A DNA stretch of 64,000 nt from an uncultured Chromatiaceae bacterium (GTDB taxonomy: Bacteria > Pseudomonadota > Gammaproteobacteria > Tenderiales > Tenderiaceae). A program made the position numbers and the translations under genes. The notes below the pieces were generated by a model. It saw only the letters and a program-made list of their open reading frames with translations. It was not told the DNA's origin and searched no databases. The stretch spans positions 17,662 through 81,661 of the forward strand of contig CAMTXZ010000004.1 in NCBI GenBank assembly GCA_947085765.1. The letters are read 5' to 3'. Of the stretch, positions 9,180 to 19,420 are shown piece by piece. Position 1 is the first letter of the stretch. The number at the start of each line of letters is the position of its first letter.

Positions 9180-11072
9180 ATGACCAGCCACCACTACCCA
9201 CTATTAGAAAGCATCCCCACCCCAGACGAGCTGCGGCAACTGCCGCAGGAGCAGCTGGTGATACTGGCAGATGAGCTGCGCCGTTTCCTGATCCAGTCGA
9301 TCAGCCATACCGGTGGCCACCTCTCGGCGGGGCTGGGCACAATCGAACTGACTATCGCCCTACACTATGTATTTAACACCCCGGATGACCGCTTGGTCTG
9401 GGATGTTGGCCATCAGAGCTATCCCCACAAAATCCTGACCGGGCGTCGCGAACTGATGCCATCCCTCCGCCAGCGTGGCGGAATGGCGGGGTTTCCCAAG
9501 CGCGAAGAGAGTCCCTACGACACCTTTGGTGTGGGTCACTCCAGCACCTCCATCAGTGCCGCGCTGGGCATGGCGCTGGCGGCCAAGGCCCAGGGGTTAA
9601 CCCGCAAGGTGGCAGCAGTGATTGGTGATGGCGCGATGACGGCGGGCATGGCCTTTGAGGCGCTCAACCACGCCGGTGACCTGGATGCCAACCTGCTGGT
9701 GATCCTCAACGACAACGAGATGTCGATCTCCCCCAATGTCGGTGGCATGGCCAACTATCTGGCACGGGTGCTCTCCGGCAAGTTCTACTCCAGTGTTCGC
9801 GAAAGCAGCAAAAAGGTGTTGGGCAAGATGCCTACTGTCTGGGAGCTGGCACGCCGTGCCGAAGAGCACATGAAAGGCATGGTAGTGCCCGGCACCCTGT
9901 TTGAAGAGTTGGGATTCAACTACATCGGTCCGATCGACGGCCACGACCTGCCAACGCTGGTCAGCACCCTGCGCAACATGCGCGACTTTGAAGGCCCGCA
10001 GTTTCTGCATGTTGTGACCAAAAAGGGCAAGGGTTTCACCCCCGCCGAAGAGAACCCCTGCACCTATCACGGTGTTGGCAAGTTCGACCCGGACAACGGC
10101 GAGCTGCTCGCCAGCGCCGGCGCCACCACCTATACCCAGGTCTTTGGCCAGTGGCTCTGCGATATGGCCGTGGCCGACAAACGGCTGGTGGGCATCACCC
10201 CGGCGATGCGCGAGGGGTCTGGCATGGTGGAATTTTCACAGCAACACCCGGACCAATATTTTGATGTGGGCATCGCCGAGCAGCACGCCGTCACGCTGGC
10301 AGCAGGCATGGCCTGCGACGGCATGAAGCCGGTGGTGGCGATCTACTCCACCTTCCTGCAACGCGCCTACGACCAGCTGATCCACGACGTTGCGATCCAG
10401 AATCTGCCGGTGCTGTTTGCCATCGACCGGGCCGGGCTGGTCGGACCTGACGGCCCGACCCATGCGGGCAGCTTTGACCTGAGCTTTCTCAACTGCATCC
10501 CCAATATGGTGGTGATGGCGCCGGCCGATGAAAATGAGTGTCGTCAGATGCTCTACACCGGTTTCCAGCACACTGGGCCCTGTGCCGTGCGCTACCCACG
10601 CGGCGCCGGCCCGGGCGTGGCTGTTGAAAAAGAGATGACCGCCCTGCCACTGGGCAAGGCCGAGCTGCGTCGCAAGGGCAAACGGGTCGCCCTGCTCGCC
10701 TACGGCAGCATGCTGGGTGCGGCCAGTGCCGCCGCCGAGCAGCTGGATGCCACTCTGGTCAACATGCGTTTTGTCAAACCGCTGGACGAAGCCAAGGTGC
10801 TAAAGCTGGCCCGCGAGCACGAGCTGCTGGTGACCATCGAAGAGAACGCCATCATTGGCGGCGCCGGCAGTCTGGTCGCAACACTGCTCAACACCCTGGA
10901 TACCCCGCCACAGCTGATTCAACTGGGGCTGCCCGACCACTTCATCGAACATGGTGAACGTACTGCCCTGCTGGCCGGCTGCGGACTCGACAGCCAGGGC
11001 ATCATCGAGCGCATCAACCTCCATTTTGAAAACAGCGCTGAAAACATGGCTGGCCACGGCAGCGCCGCCTAG
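9180..11072 (+). CDS. dxs: 1-deoxy-D-xylulose-5-phosphate synthase
   Basis: Full-length Dxs hallmarks: [95 protein letters not shown] 9180 was chosen instead of the TTG at 9156. Confidence 0.95.
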   Translation: MTSHHYPLLESIPTPDELRQLPQEQLVILADELRRFLIQSISHTGGHLSAGLGTIELTIALHYVFNTPDDRLVWDVGHQSYPHKILTGRRELMPSLRQRGGMAGFPKREESPYDTFGVGHSSTSISAALGMALAAKAQGLTRKVAAVIGDGAMTAGMAFEALNHAGDLDANLLVILNDNEMSISPNVGGMANYLARVLSGKFYSSVRESSKKVLGKMPTVWELARRAEEHMKGMVVPGTLFEELGFNYIGPIDGHDLPTLVSTLRNMRDFEGPQFLHVVTKKGKGFTPAEENPCTYHGVGKFDPDNGELLASAGATTYTQVFGQWLCDMAVADKRLVGITPAMREGSGMVEFSQQHPDQYFDVGIAEQHAVTLAAGMACDGMKPVVAIYSTFLQRAYDQLIHDVAIQNLPVLFAIDRAGLVGPDGPTHAGSFDLSFLNCIPNMVVMAPADENECRQMLYTGFQHTGPCAVRYPRGAGPGVAVEKEMTALPLGKAELRRKGKRVALLAYGSMLGAASAAAEQLDATLVNMRFVKPLDEAKVLKLAREHELLVTIEENAIIGGAGSLVATLLNTLDTPPQLIQLGLPDHFIEHGERTALLAGCGLDSQGIIERINLHFENSAENMAGHGSAA

Positions 11073-11115
11073 GTAAAATACCCGAACGTTTTAGTCAGGA
11101 AATACTCGAACCATT

Positions 11116-11502
11116 ATGTCCCCACGTTACACACTAAAAGTGCTCACCGACTTTGCAGCAGCACACTCCCTGCGCAACTACCCGGGCGATTGCGCCAAGC
11201 TGCATGGTCACAACTGGAAGGTTGAGGTTGAAGTGACCGCCACCGCTCTCAACGACGTCGGCATTGGCATGGACTTCAAACAGATCCGCAAGGAGGCCAA
11301 GCTGGTCTGTGACTATCTCGATCATGAGTATCTCAACGAGCTTCCGCCCTTCGACACCATCAATCCAACTGCCGAAAACATCGCCGCCTACATCTATCGC
11401 GAACTTGATCAGCGCCTCAACACCCCTGAGGCAAAGATCAGCGCCATCACCATCTGGGAAACAGAGCGGGCTTGTATCCGCTACACGGAGAACCAAGAGT
11501 AA
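11116..11502 (+). CDS. queD: 6-carboxy-5,6,7,8-tetrahydropterin synthase
   Basis: 128 aa with [28 protein letters not shown], the QueD/PTPS family Cys plus His-x-His zinc/catalytic motif. Its stop overlaps the next start (TAATG). Confidence 0.9.
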   Translation: MSPRYTLKVLTDFAAAHSLRNYPGDCAKLHGHNWKVEVEVTATALNDVGIGMDFKQIRKEAKLVCDYLDHEYLNELPPFDTINPTAENIAAYIYRELDQRLNTPEAKISAITIWETERACIRYTENQE

Positions 11503-12299
11503 TGACTGACAACACCCCCATGACCGATGTTCAGAACAGCGTCGATATTCGTCGTATCCCCATTAATAAAGTTGGCATTAAAGACATCCGCCACCCCGTG
11601 CGTGTCAAAGATCGCAGCCAGGGGGAGCAGCACACTATCGCCAACTTCAATATGTATGTACATCTGCCGCATAACTTTAAGGGCACTCACATGTCCCGTT
11701 TTGTTGAGATCCTCAACAGTTACGAACGTGAGTTTTCGGTAGAAAATTTCGACAAGATGATGGTGGAGATGGCCGAACGTCTGGAGTCAGAAGAGGGGCA
11801 CGTTGAGATGTCCTTCCCCTACTTTGTCGAAAAACCGGCGCCGGTATCCAAGGTAAAAAGCCTGATGGATTACGACGTCACCCTGCTGGGCGAGATCAAA
11901 AACGGCAACCCTTCCGTCGCCATCAAGGTAGTGGTACCTGTCACCAGTCTCTGCCCCTGCTCCAAAGAGATCTCGGCCTACGGCGCCCACAACCAGCGCT
12001 CACATGTCACCGTGACAGTACATACCAATAACTTTGTCTGGATCGAAGACATCATCGACCTGGTTGAAGGCGAGGCCTCATGCGAACTCTTTGGCCTGCT
12101 GAAACGTCCGGACGAAAAATATGTTACTGAACGCGCCTACGACAACCCAAAGTTTGTTGAGGATATGGTGCGCGATGTCGCGGCACGCCTAAATGCCGAT
12201 GACCGCATCGATGCCTACACAGTAGAGTCTGAAAACTTTGAATCGATCCACAACCACTCCGCCTACGCCCTGGTGGAACATAATAAAAAGCTAAAATAA
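11502..12299 (+). CDS. folE2: GTP cyclohydrolase I type 2 (FolE2/GCYH-IB)
   Basis: [55 protein letters not shown] match the FolE2 family. The start was set to ATG 11502 (MTDNTP), coupled to the queD stop. Confidence 0.9.
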   Translation: MTDNTPMTDVQNSVDIRRIPINKVGIKDIRHPVRVKDRSQGEQHTIANFNMYVHLPHNFKGTHMSRFVEILNSYEREFSVENFDKMMVEMAERLESEEGHVEMSFPYFVEKPAPVSKVKSLMDYDVTLLGEIKNGNPSVAIKVVVPVTSLCPCSKEISAYGAHNQRSHVTVTVHTNNFVWIEDIIDLVEGEASCELFGLLKRPDEKYVTERAYDNPKFVEDMVRDVAARLNADDRIDAYTVESENFESIHNHSAYALVEHNKKLK

Positions 12300-12557
12300 A
12301 AAATCCAGATCCCACCCTACAGCCGCCTTGTTTCGCCCCCGGTATCAGAGTACAGTTTGACCCAGAAAATGCCGGGGGCACAGGCGCATCTCGCTGCTAC
12401 CCACTCACCAGTGCAACTGCATCAGGTAGTGTCGATGCATAACTCACTGACCCAGCTAATAAAATAGCCATCCAATGCTTTAGACTCCGTTGCAGTAGCG
12501 GTTTTTTATCACCGCTCAAACGAATTTTTGGGGCATCTGGGTAAAAAGGGTAACCAG

Positions 12558-14990
12558 ATGAAGAGCTTCTTTAATAATTTTACCAGCCGCATGCTTCTGA
12601 GCGAGCTGATTGTGCATGCCTTATTAATTTCATCCCTCTTTTTCCTCGTCCTGCCTCTGCTCAAACAGGAATACCAGGACCAATTCATCCAGCAGGCCCA
12701 GCAAACCTCAGCCCGTATCGCAACGTTACTGGAAAATAGCGCACCGCCCTATCACATTGAATCTATCGTTGGCCAAGGCGACATCGTAAGCGCGCGCCTT
12801 GTTCCTGCAACAAATAGCCGTTTGGATTTTGGACAGGGGCAAAGGTTTGACAGTAGTGACAACCACCGCTACCAAATAGTGGTGCCGCTGTCACTGGCGG
12901 GAGAGCGTTACCAATTAGAGCTGGACTACGACAAGAGCGCCACTGAGCTGCGAATTAGCAACGCCTTCCAGTTTGGCATCTACTTGGCGATCGGCTACGT
13001 ACTGCTGGCAGTATTGAGCACCGCACTGCTAGGGCCGCAGCTGACGCGCCCCTTACAACGGTTGCGCCAGACCGCCTTAAACATCGCTGCCGGCCAACCT
13101 ATGGAGCAGATCAATACCGATACCGACATCACCGAGGTAAAGGATCTTGCTACCGGTCTGGAACGGATGCGCAGCAAACTGGTCGCCCAGCGCGAGGATC
13201 TGGCGATGCGTGAGGCACGCATCAGTGCCGTTATGGACAACATTGCCGACGCCCTTGTCACCATCAACGAGCTGGGGCAGATCCAATCTTTCAATCTGGC
13301 GGCGGAGCGCATCTTTGGCCACAACGCCAAAGAGATGATAGGCAGCTCTGTCAACGCCCTGTTTGCTGCACCGCTGGTCTCGCGCAACCCGGATAACGGC
13401 GAATCCCGTATCACCATCGAACAGCACGCTCCTTATGAAACGCTCGGGCGGCGCAAGGATAACAGCACCTTCCACATGGAGGCCGCCATCAGTGAGATTT
13501 GTGAGCTCGCCGGCTGCATCTCTATCGTCATCTGTCGCGACATCAGCGCACAGAAACAGGCTGAGCTGGAGATCAAATCACTCAAGGATGATCTGGAGCA
13601 ACGGGTCGTTAAACGCACCCTGGAGCTGGCATCGGTTAATAAAGAGCTGCAACATCAGGCGTTGCATGACGCCCTCACCAGCCTGCCCAACCGGGTGCTG
13701 ATGCAAGACCGGCTGGAGCAGGCCACCCGCGCCGCCAAACGTGAGAATCACTGTCTGGCGCTGATGATTACCGATCTCGACCGCTTCAAGGAGATCAATG
13801 ACACCCTTGGTCACCACTATGGCGACCTGCTTTTGCAACAGGTGGCGGGGCGGGTACGCAGCGCCTTGCGTGACTCCGATACCGTTGCCCGATTAGGCGG
13901 CGATGAGTTTGCGGTATTGCTACCCACCATCCAGAATGAAGAGCAGGCAGCACAGGCCGCCGTCAAAATCGCCAAGGCCATGGAAGCCCCCTTCATCCTT
14001 GAAAACCAAAACTTCCATGTGGGCATCAGCATCGGCATCGCCATCTACCCCAAAGATGGCGATAACTCCAACCACCTGATGCGGCGTGCCGATGTCGCCA
14101 TGTATGTCGCCAAGCGGGCGCAAAGCAGTTATGCCTTCTACAATCCCGAACAGGATCAGCACAGCGCCAGCCGCCTGGCGCTGGTCGGCGAGCTGCGCCG
14201 CGCGCTGGAACAGAAACAGCTGATTGTGCATTACCAGCCCACTGTTGATATCAAACAGAAACAGGTTGTGGGAGTCGAGGCGCTGCTGCGCTGGCAGCAC
14301 CCAACCCGCGGCGTACTGCAACCGAATGAATTCATTCCACTGGCGGAACAGACCGGCCTCATCAAAGGGCTTACCATCTTTGTCCTGAATGAAGCGCTAC
14401 AACAGCTGCATCAATGGCAGGCAAGCGGATTGCAGCTGCGCATGGCTATCAACCTTTCGTCGCGCAACCTCAACGATCCTGATCTGGTCAGACAGATTGA
14501 CGAGCTGCTCAACCGCTGGCAGGTGTTGCCTGAGCAGCTCCAGCTGGACATCACCGAAAGCGCCATCATGGAAGATCCACCGCGCGCCATGAGCACCCTG
14601 TCGCGCCTCTACGCCATGGGCATCAAGCTCTCTATCGACGACTTTGGCACCGGTTACTCATCCCTGGCCTACCTCAAACAGCTGCCGGTGCACGAAATCA
14701 AGATCGACCGCTCCTTTGTCGAAGAGATGGTCAGCAACAACGAAGATCGTGTCATCGTGCGCTCCACCGTCGACCTCGCCTTCAACATGGGCCACCGTGT
14801 CATTGCCGAAGGGGTTAACAGCCAGGAGACGCTTACCTTGCTTGCCGAGATGGGCTGCGATCGCGCCCAGGGCTTTTTTATCTGCAAACCGCTCAATGGC
14901 AAAGAGCTCTCTCAATGGCTGAGAAACAATACCGAGTGGCACACCGAAACTAGGCCACGCAGCGCACGGCCTGAGCCGGAGATGGTTTAA
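12558..14990 (+). CDS. Membrane-bound signalling protein: periplasmic sensor, HAMP, PAS, GGDEF and EAL domains
   Basis: Two TM segments flank a ~120-aa loop, followed by a HAMP-like linker and a PAS domain (ISAVMDNIADALVTINELGQIQSFN). The GGDEF domain is intact (RDSDTVARLGGDEFAVLL, an RxxD I-site plus GGDEF). EAL motifs are intact (VEALLRW, SINLS, DDFGTGYSSL, KIDRSF). ATG 12558 is preferred over the TTG at 12528. Confidence 0.9.
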   Translation: MKSFFNNFTSRMLLSELIVHALLISSLFFLVLPLLKQEYQDQFIQQAQQTSARIATLLENSAPPYHIESIVGQGDIVSARLVPATNSRLDFGQGQRFDSSDNHRYQIVVPLSLAGERYQLELDYDKSATELRISNAFQFGIYLAIGYVLLAVLSTALLGPQLTRPLQRLRQTALNIAAGQPMEQINTDTDITEVKDLATGLERMRSKLVAQREDLAMREARISAVMDNIADALVTINELGQIQSFNLAAERIFGHNAKEMIGSSVNALFAAPLVSRNPDNGESRITIEQHAPYETLGRRKDNSTFHMEAAISEICELAGCISIVICRDISAQKQAELEIKSLKDDLEQRVVKRTLELASVNKELQHQALHDALTSLPNRVLMQDRLEQATRAAKRENHCLALMITDLDRFKEINDTLGHHYGDLLLQQVAGRVRSALRDSDTVARLGGDEFAVLLPTIQNEEQAAQAAVKIAKAMEAPFILENQNFHVGISIGIAIYPKDGDNSNHLMRRADVAMYVAKRAQSSYAFYNPEQDQHSASRLALVGELRRALEQKQLIVHYQPTVDIKQKQVVGVEALLRWQHPTRGVLQPNEFIPLAEQTGLIKGLTIFVLNEALQQLHQWQASGLQLRMAINLSSRNLNDPDLVRQIDELLNRWQVLPEQLQLDITESAIMEDPPRAMSTLSRLYAMGIKLSIDDFGTGYSSLAYLKQLPVHEIKIDRSFVEEMVSNNEDRVIVRSTVDLAFNMGHRVIAEGVNSQETLTLLAEMGCDRAQGFFICKPLNGKELSQWLRNNTEWHTETRPRSARPEPEMV

Positions 14991-15023
14991 AAGCGAAGAT
15001 ATAAAACGAAGTGTTGGGGATGA

Positions 15024-15527
15024 CTAAAACCAGTACCCCAGCAGCTGCAAACATGCCAACGCCATCAGCCCTGCCAAGACATCATCAAACATGATGCCAA
15101 AACCGCCATGTACATGGGTATCGACCCAGCGGATCGGCCAGGGTTTGAGGATGTCGAAAAAACGAAACAGGATAAAACCCACCACGATCCAGACCCACCC
15201 GGCAGGGGCGGCAATCATGGTAATGAAAAAACCAACAAACTCATCCCAAACGATACCCGGATGATCATGCACCCCCATATCACTGGCAGTGCGGTGGCAG
15301 AGCCAGATTCCCAGCAAGGTCAATAACAGCAACAGCAGCAGATAGAGCGGTAGAGATAGCGGCTGCATCAGCAGGTAGAGCGGCACCGCAGCCAGAGTAC
15401 CCCAGGTACCCGGCGCCTTGGGCATCGCGCCACTACCAAAACCAAAGGCCAGCAGATGGATCGGATTGCGCCAATTTAATTTGGGCAGAGCGCCTGTTTG
15501 CTTAGACAAAATGTCGGTACCCCTCAA
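15024..15527 (-). CDS. pgpA: Phosphatidylglycerophosphatase A
   Basis: FGFGSGAMPKAPGTWGTLAAVPLY, HDHPGIVWDEFVGF, DILKPWPIRWVD and GGFGIMFDDVLAG are PgpA signatures. It sits downstream of thiL, as in many Gammaproteobacteria. Confidence 0.9.
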   Translation of the reverse strand: MRGTDILSKQTGALPKLNWRNPIHLLAFGFGSGAMPKAPGTWGTLAAVPLYLLMQPLSLPLYLLLLLLLTLLGIWLCHRTASDMGVHDHPGIVWDEFVGFFITMIAAPAGWVWIVVGFILFRFFDILKPWPIRWVDTHVHGGFGIMFDDVLAGLMALACLQLLGYWF

Positions 15528-16470
15528 CCCGATTCACTATCACCTCACCACTGTCATGCTGAAGTCTCAGACCCGGCGCTGTTTCAATCTGGCCGATGCA
15601 GGTAACGGCACAACCGCTCTGGCGTAGCGCACGTTCGAGCGCTTGCTCACGCCCCACAGGCACAGTAAAGCAGAGCTCATAATCATCCCCAGCCGTAAGC
15701 GGCAAATTCCACCACTCACGGCTCAGCGCCTTCACCTCCGCCGCCACCGGCAAGGCATCAACATTCAGTGTCGCCCCAACGCCGCTGGCCGTGAGGATGT
15801 GTCCGAGATCCCCGGCCAGACCATCAGAGATGTCGATGGCCGCTGTTGCCACACCGCGCAGCGCCAGGCCGACGACGACACGTGGCGTGGGACGCTCCAG
15901 GCGTGAGATAAAGTAGTCGCGACGAGTTGGCTCAAGTATCAGTTCGCATCTCGCCAACGCCAACTGCAATCCCAACCCGGCATCACCCAGCTGGCCCGTG
16001 ACATAGATCAGATCCCCCGCTTGGGCGCCATCCCGGCGCAACGCCTGGGATGCAGGCACAAAACCACAGATCTGAAGACTGATCGTCAACGGCCCACGAG
16101 TGGTATCACCCCCCACCAGCGCCACCTGATGTTCGGCCGCCAGCTGGCTCAGGCCGTGGCAGAAACCCTGCAACCAGAGTTCGTCCACCGTTGGCAGCGT
16201 CAGCCCCAACAACATCCAGGCCGGTTCCGCACCCATGGCAGCCATGTCGCTGAGGTTTACCGCCAGGGTTTTGTAACCGATATTTTCAGCCGAGGTGGTT
16301 GCAGGAAAGTGCACACCGGCCACCAGGGTATCGAGGCTCAGCGCCAGACTCTCTCCGGCGGCCGGCAGCAGCAGGGCGGCATCGTCACCGACCCCCAGCA
16401 GAACATCACTGCGGGCCGCCATGCCATCGCTGAAGTAGCGTTTGATAAGAGCAAACTCGGATATACCCAT
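15502..16470 (-). CDS. thiL: Thiamine-monophosphate kinase
   Basis: AIR-synthase-like ThiL motifs: EFALIKRYF, GVGDDAALL, DTLVAGVHF, GYKTLAVNLSDMAAMGA, GGDTTRGP, DISDGLAGDLGHI. The start was set to ATG 16470 (MGISEF); the upstream 50 codons in the ORF track lack homology and overlap nusB. Confidence 0.9.
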   Translation of the reverse strand: MGISEFALIKRYFSDGMAARSDVLLGVGDDAALLLPAAGESLALSLDTLVAGVHFPATTSAENIGYKTLAVNLSDMAAMGAEPAWMLLGLTLPTVDELWLQGFCHGLSQLAAEHQVALVGGDTTRGPLTISLQICGFVPASQALRRDGAQAGDLIYVTGQLGDAGLGLQLALARCELILEPTRRDYFISRLERPTPRVVVGLALRGVATAAIDISDGLAGDLGHILTASGVGATLNVDALPVAAEVKALSREWWNLPLTAGDDYELCFTVPVGREQALERALRQSGCAVTCIGQIETAPGLRLQHDSGEVIVNRVEGYRHFV

Positions 16471-16498
16471 GACGTTTTCGGTTGGCGTCAGGTCAAGG

Positions 16499-16930
16499 TT
16501 ATTTGGCGACGCGCTTGATTTCCAGCTGGCGGGTCTGCTGCGCAACCTTGTCCAGCACCCCGTTGACATACTTGTGCCCCTGATCGGCGCCAAACATCTT
16601 GGCCGACTCCAGCGCCTCATTGATCACAACCCGGTAGGGTACGTCGGGACGGAACATCAGCTCAAAAGCGCCCATACGCAAAATGGCCCGTTCAACCGGA
16701 TCAACACTATTAATATCACGGTCGAGAAAGGGTTTGATCTGCAGATCCAGCGCTTCTAGGTGGCCAGCCACCCCATGCAGCAGCTCCTTGAAGTACTCAA
16801 GATCGACCTTGGCCATCTCGCGCTCGACCAGAAATTGGTCGTGAATCTCGGCGATATTCTCACCAGCCATCTGCCACTGATAGAGTGCCTGCACTGCACT
16901 GCGACGCGCCTTAGAACGGGCATTGCTCAA
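16499..16930 (-). CDS. nusB: Transcription antitermination factor NusB
   Basis: 143 aa with ARRSAVQALYQWQM and NEALESAKMFG...KYVNGVLDKVA, classic NusB motifs. It is in the conserved ribH-nusB position. Confidence 0.95.
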   Translation of the reverse strand: MSNARSKARRSAVQALYQWQMAGENIAEIHDQFLVEREMAKVDLEYFKELLHGVAGHLEALDLQIKPFLDRDINSVDPVERAILRMGAFELMFRPDVPYRVVINEALESAKMFGADQGHKYVNGVLDKVAQQTRQLEIKRVAK

Positions 16931-16949
16931 ATTGTATTGCTCCTTAATT

Positions 16950-16995
16950 TATCCCCCCTCACCCTAACCCTCTCCCCCAAGGGGGCGAGGGGACT
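16950..16995. repeat. REP-like GC-rich palindromic element in the nusB-ribH spacer
   Basis: In CCCCCTCACCCTAACCCTCTCCCCCAAGGGGGCGAGGGGAC, the arms CCCTCTCCCCC and GGGGGCGAGGG pair over 11 bp with 1 mismatch. It belongs to the widespread motif class that translates as ..LTLTLSPKGARG.. in spurious ORFs (seen in ORF 16760..17335). Confidence 0.6.
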
Positions 16996-17031
16996 GGATG
17001 CACTTCGTAGTAAAGTAACGGGGAATTTCTA

Positions 17032-17511
17032 CTACAGCTTATCAACGCCCTTGAGCAGGTTGATCATCTCAATCGCCGACATGGCGGCTTCAACGCCTTT
17101 ATTGCCCGCCTTGGCGCCGGAACGTTCAATCGCCTGTTCGATGCTATCTACGGTCAATACACCAAAGGCGACCGGCAGATCATGTTGCATGGCAACCATC
17201 GCCAGCCCTTTGGAACACTCACCCGCCACGTACTCAAAGTGCGGCGTGCCACCCCGGATGACCGCACCTACGGCGATGATGGCGTCATGTTTTTTCTTGG
17301 CCGCCACTCGCTGCGCCAGCAACGGCAACTCATAGGCGCCGGGGGCGTAGATCAGATCGATATTCTCGACCTTGCCGCCGTGGCGCTTGATGCAATCAAT
17401 AGCGCCAGCAACCAGATGGTCCACCACAAAACTGTTAAAACGGCCCGCCACAATGGCAAACCGGTGACCAGCGGCGCTGAAATCACCCTCGATTAGATTC
17501 ACGTCTTTCAT
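17032..17511 (-). CDS. ribH: 6,7-dimethyl-8-ribityllumazine synthase
   Basis: 159 aa with [46 protein letters not shown] and FGVLT motifs. Confidence 0.95.
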   Translation of the reverse strand: MKDVNLIEGDFSAAGHRFAIVAGRFNSFVVDHLVAGAIDCIKRHGGKVENIDLIYAPGAYELPLLAQRVAAKKKHDAIIAVGAVIRGGTPHFEYVAGECSKGLAMVAMQHDLPVAFGVLTVDSIEQAIERSGAKAGNKGVEAAMSAIEMINLLKGVDKL

Positions 17512-17635
17512 CTGTTTTCCTTAGACAGTAGGCACCAGGGCCTGTGCATGCGTTAGCGGCCTATTGTAACCGCCCCAAGAGCCTGTCGGATATAGACGAT
17601 GGCGGCAGGCATGCCGACCACCACTCAGCCGCCTG

Positions 17636-18739
17636 CTAAACATACTCCACCACTTCAAGACCAAAACCGGCCAGGCCATGGAGCTTTTTGGGCGCGCCAA
17701 TAATCCGCATCTTGCGGACCCCGATGTCGGCAAGGATCTGCGCGCCGGCACCATAACCGCGCAGGTCCGAACTCGGTTCTGGCCGTGGCAGGTTGATGCC
17801 CCGGTCCTGGAGCTGATAATCGCGGATCCGTTTAACCAGATCGGCGGGCCTCTCCTCATGCTGGAGCAACAGGATTACGGCCGACGCCTCATCAGCGACC
17901 CGCTGCATCGCAGCCCGCAGTGGCATGCCACCGTCACCACGCTGCACCGCCAGCAGATCGGTAAAGGTATCGGCCAGATGGACCCGTACCAGGATCGGCA
18001 CATCGGGCAGGATCTCGCCCTTCACCAGCACCAGGTGCAGCCCCTTGTCGACATAGTCCTGATAGGCCATCAGCCGGAACTGGCCATACTCCGTGGGCAA
18101 CTGGCACTCCGCCACCCGCTCCACGCTCTTTTCGTGTTGCAGGCGATAGCTGATCAGGTCGGCGACGGTGCCGATCTTAAGGCCGTGCTCTTGGGCAAAA
18201 ACCTCCAGCTCCGGGCGACGCGCCATGGTGCCGTCATCATTCAGGATCTCAACGATGACACTGGCAGGTTCAAGCCGCGCCAGCCGCGCCAGATCACACC
18301 CCGCCTCGGTGTGACCGGCACGACTCAACACCCCACCGGGCTGGGCCATGAGTGGGAAGATATGGCCGGGTTGATTGATATCCTCTGGCCCCGCCCCTGC
18401 CTTGACCGCCGCCTGCACCGTCGCAGCACGATCAGCCGCAGAGATACCGGTCGTCACCCCCTCGGCAGCCTCAATCGAAACCGTAAAATTGGTCGCGTGT
18501 TTGGCATGGGTATTGGCCACCATCAGCGGTAACTGGAGCTGCTCGCAGCGCTCACGGGTCAGGGTCAGACAGACCAGGCCACGGGCATAACGAGCCATGA
18601 AATTGATATCCTTGGCCTGCACACACTGCGCCGCCATGATCAGATCGCCCTCGTTCTCGCGATCCTCGTCATCCATCAACACCACCATCTTGCCCTGGCG
18701 GATATCTTCAATAATCTCTTCAATGCTATTGAGTGCCAT
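17636..18739 (-). CDS. ribB: 3,4-dihydroxy-2-butanone-4-phosphate synthase fused to a GTP-cyclohydrolase-II-like domain that appears degenerate
   Basis: The N-terminal half has [28 protein letters not shown] and GHTEAG DHBP synthase motifs. The C-terminal half aligns to RibA but reads [21 protein letters not shown] where RibA has VRVHSECLTGD..RCDCG, with no Cys. I chose ATG 18739 (MALNSIEE); the alternative ATG 18748 overlaps the ribE stop. Confidence 0.85.
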   Translation of the reverse strand: MALNSIEEIIEDIRQGKMVVLMDDEDRENEGDLIMAAQCVQAKDINFMARYARGLVCLTLTRERCEQLQLPLMVANTHAKHATNFTVSIEAAEGVTTGISAADRAATVQAAVKAGAGPEDINQPGHIFPLMAQPGGVLSRAGHTEAGCDLARLARLEPASVIVEILNDDGTMARRPELEVFAQEHGLKIGTVADLISYRLQHEKSVERVAECQLPTEYGQFRLMAYQDYVDKGLHLVLVKGEILPDVPILVRVHLADTFTDLLAVQRGDGGMPLRAAMQRVADEASAVILLLQHEERPADLVKRIRDYQLQDRGINLPRPEPSSDLRGYGAGAQILADIGVRKMRIIGAPKKLHGLAGFGLEVVEYV

Positions 18740-18747
18740 GCGCTCCA

Positions 18748-19410
18748 TCAACCTTTCAAAAAACCGTGTTCAGCCAGAAGCTCAAGTGTCACCCCTGTAC
18801 CATTGCTCTGCGCCGCCTTGTCACCGAGCAGCAACCGCTCCAGATAACGGGCCAGCAGATCGACCTCGATATTAACGCGTCGCCCAACTTTATATTCATT
18901 GATTGTGGTCACAACAGTCGTATGAGGAATGACGTTGATCTCAAACAGTGCACCGTCGATGTTATTCACGGTAAGACTGACACCATCGATACAGACCGAA
19001 CCCTTCACCGCCACATACTTGGCCAGGCCATCCGGCACCCGCACCCGGAAGCGCAGCGACTCACCCACCTGCTCACGTGATTCGATCACCCCCACGCCAT
19101 CAACATGACCACTCACCAGATGGCCACCGAGGCGTGTGGTGGGGGTCAACGCCTTCTCCAGGTTTACGGCGCGACCGACACTAAAATCCGCCATGGTGGT
19201 TTTATCCAGCGTTTCAGCGGAGGCATCCATCACAAAACCAGCGGCGCTAAACTGCACCACGGTAAGGCAGATGCCATCAATGGCGATGCTGTCGCCCAAC
19301 TGCACATCGCTCATATCAAGATCGCCCGCCGCAATCGACAAACGGCGGTCATCGCCCTTTACCTCAAGCGCCCTGATCTGGCCACGTGCTTCGATGATTC
19401 CAGTAAACAT
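18748..19410 (-). CDS. ribE: Riboflavin synthase alpha chain
   Basis: MFTGIIEARGQI start, internal duplication (GDSIAIDGICLTV and GSVCIDGVSLTV), 220 aa. Confidence 0.95.
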   Translation of the reverse strand: MFTGIIEARGQIRALEVKGDDRRLSIAAGDLDMSDVQLGDSIAIDGICLTVVQFSAAGFVMDASAETLDKTTMADFSVGRAVNLEKALTPTTRLGGHLVSGHVDGVGVIESREQVGESLRFRVRVPDGLAKYVAVKGSVCIDGVSLTVNNIDGALFEINVIPHTTVVTTINEYKVGRRVNIEVDLLARYLERLLLGDKAAQSNGTGVTLELLAEHGFLKG

Positions 19411-19420
19411 ATCTGTAAAT

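Noticed and set aside
12335-12379. GCCCCCGG...CCGGGGGC hairpin after folE2 as a terminator
   Set aside because: It has an 8-bp GC stem but a 29-nt loop and no following T-tract. It may be a structured element or repeat remnant, but it is not a canonical intrinsic terminator.
17512-17635. Possible FMN (RFN) riboswitch in the 124-bp ribB-ribH spacer
   Set aside because: Reading the transcribed strand, I do not find the conserved RFN core segments (e.g. GGGCGGGTGAAATTCCC or the CCGACAGT...AGTCTGGATG pairing pattern). Only short GC palindromes are present.
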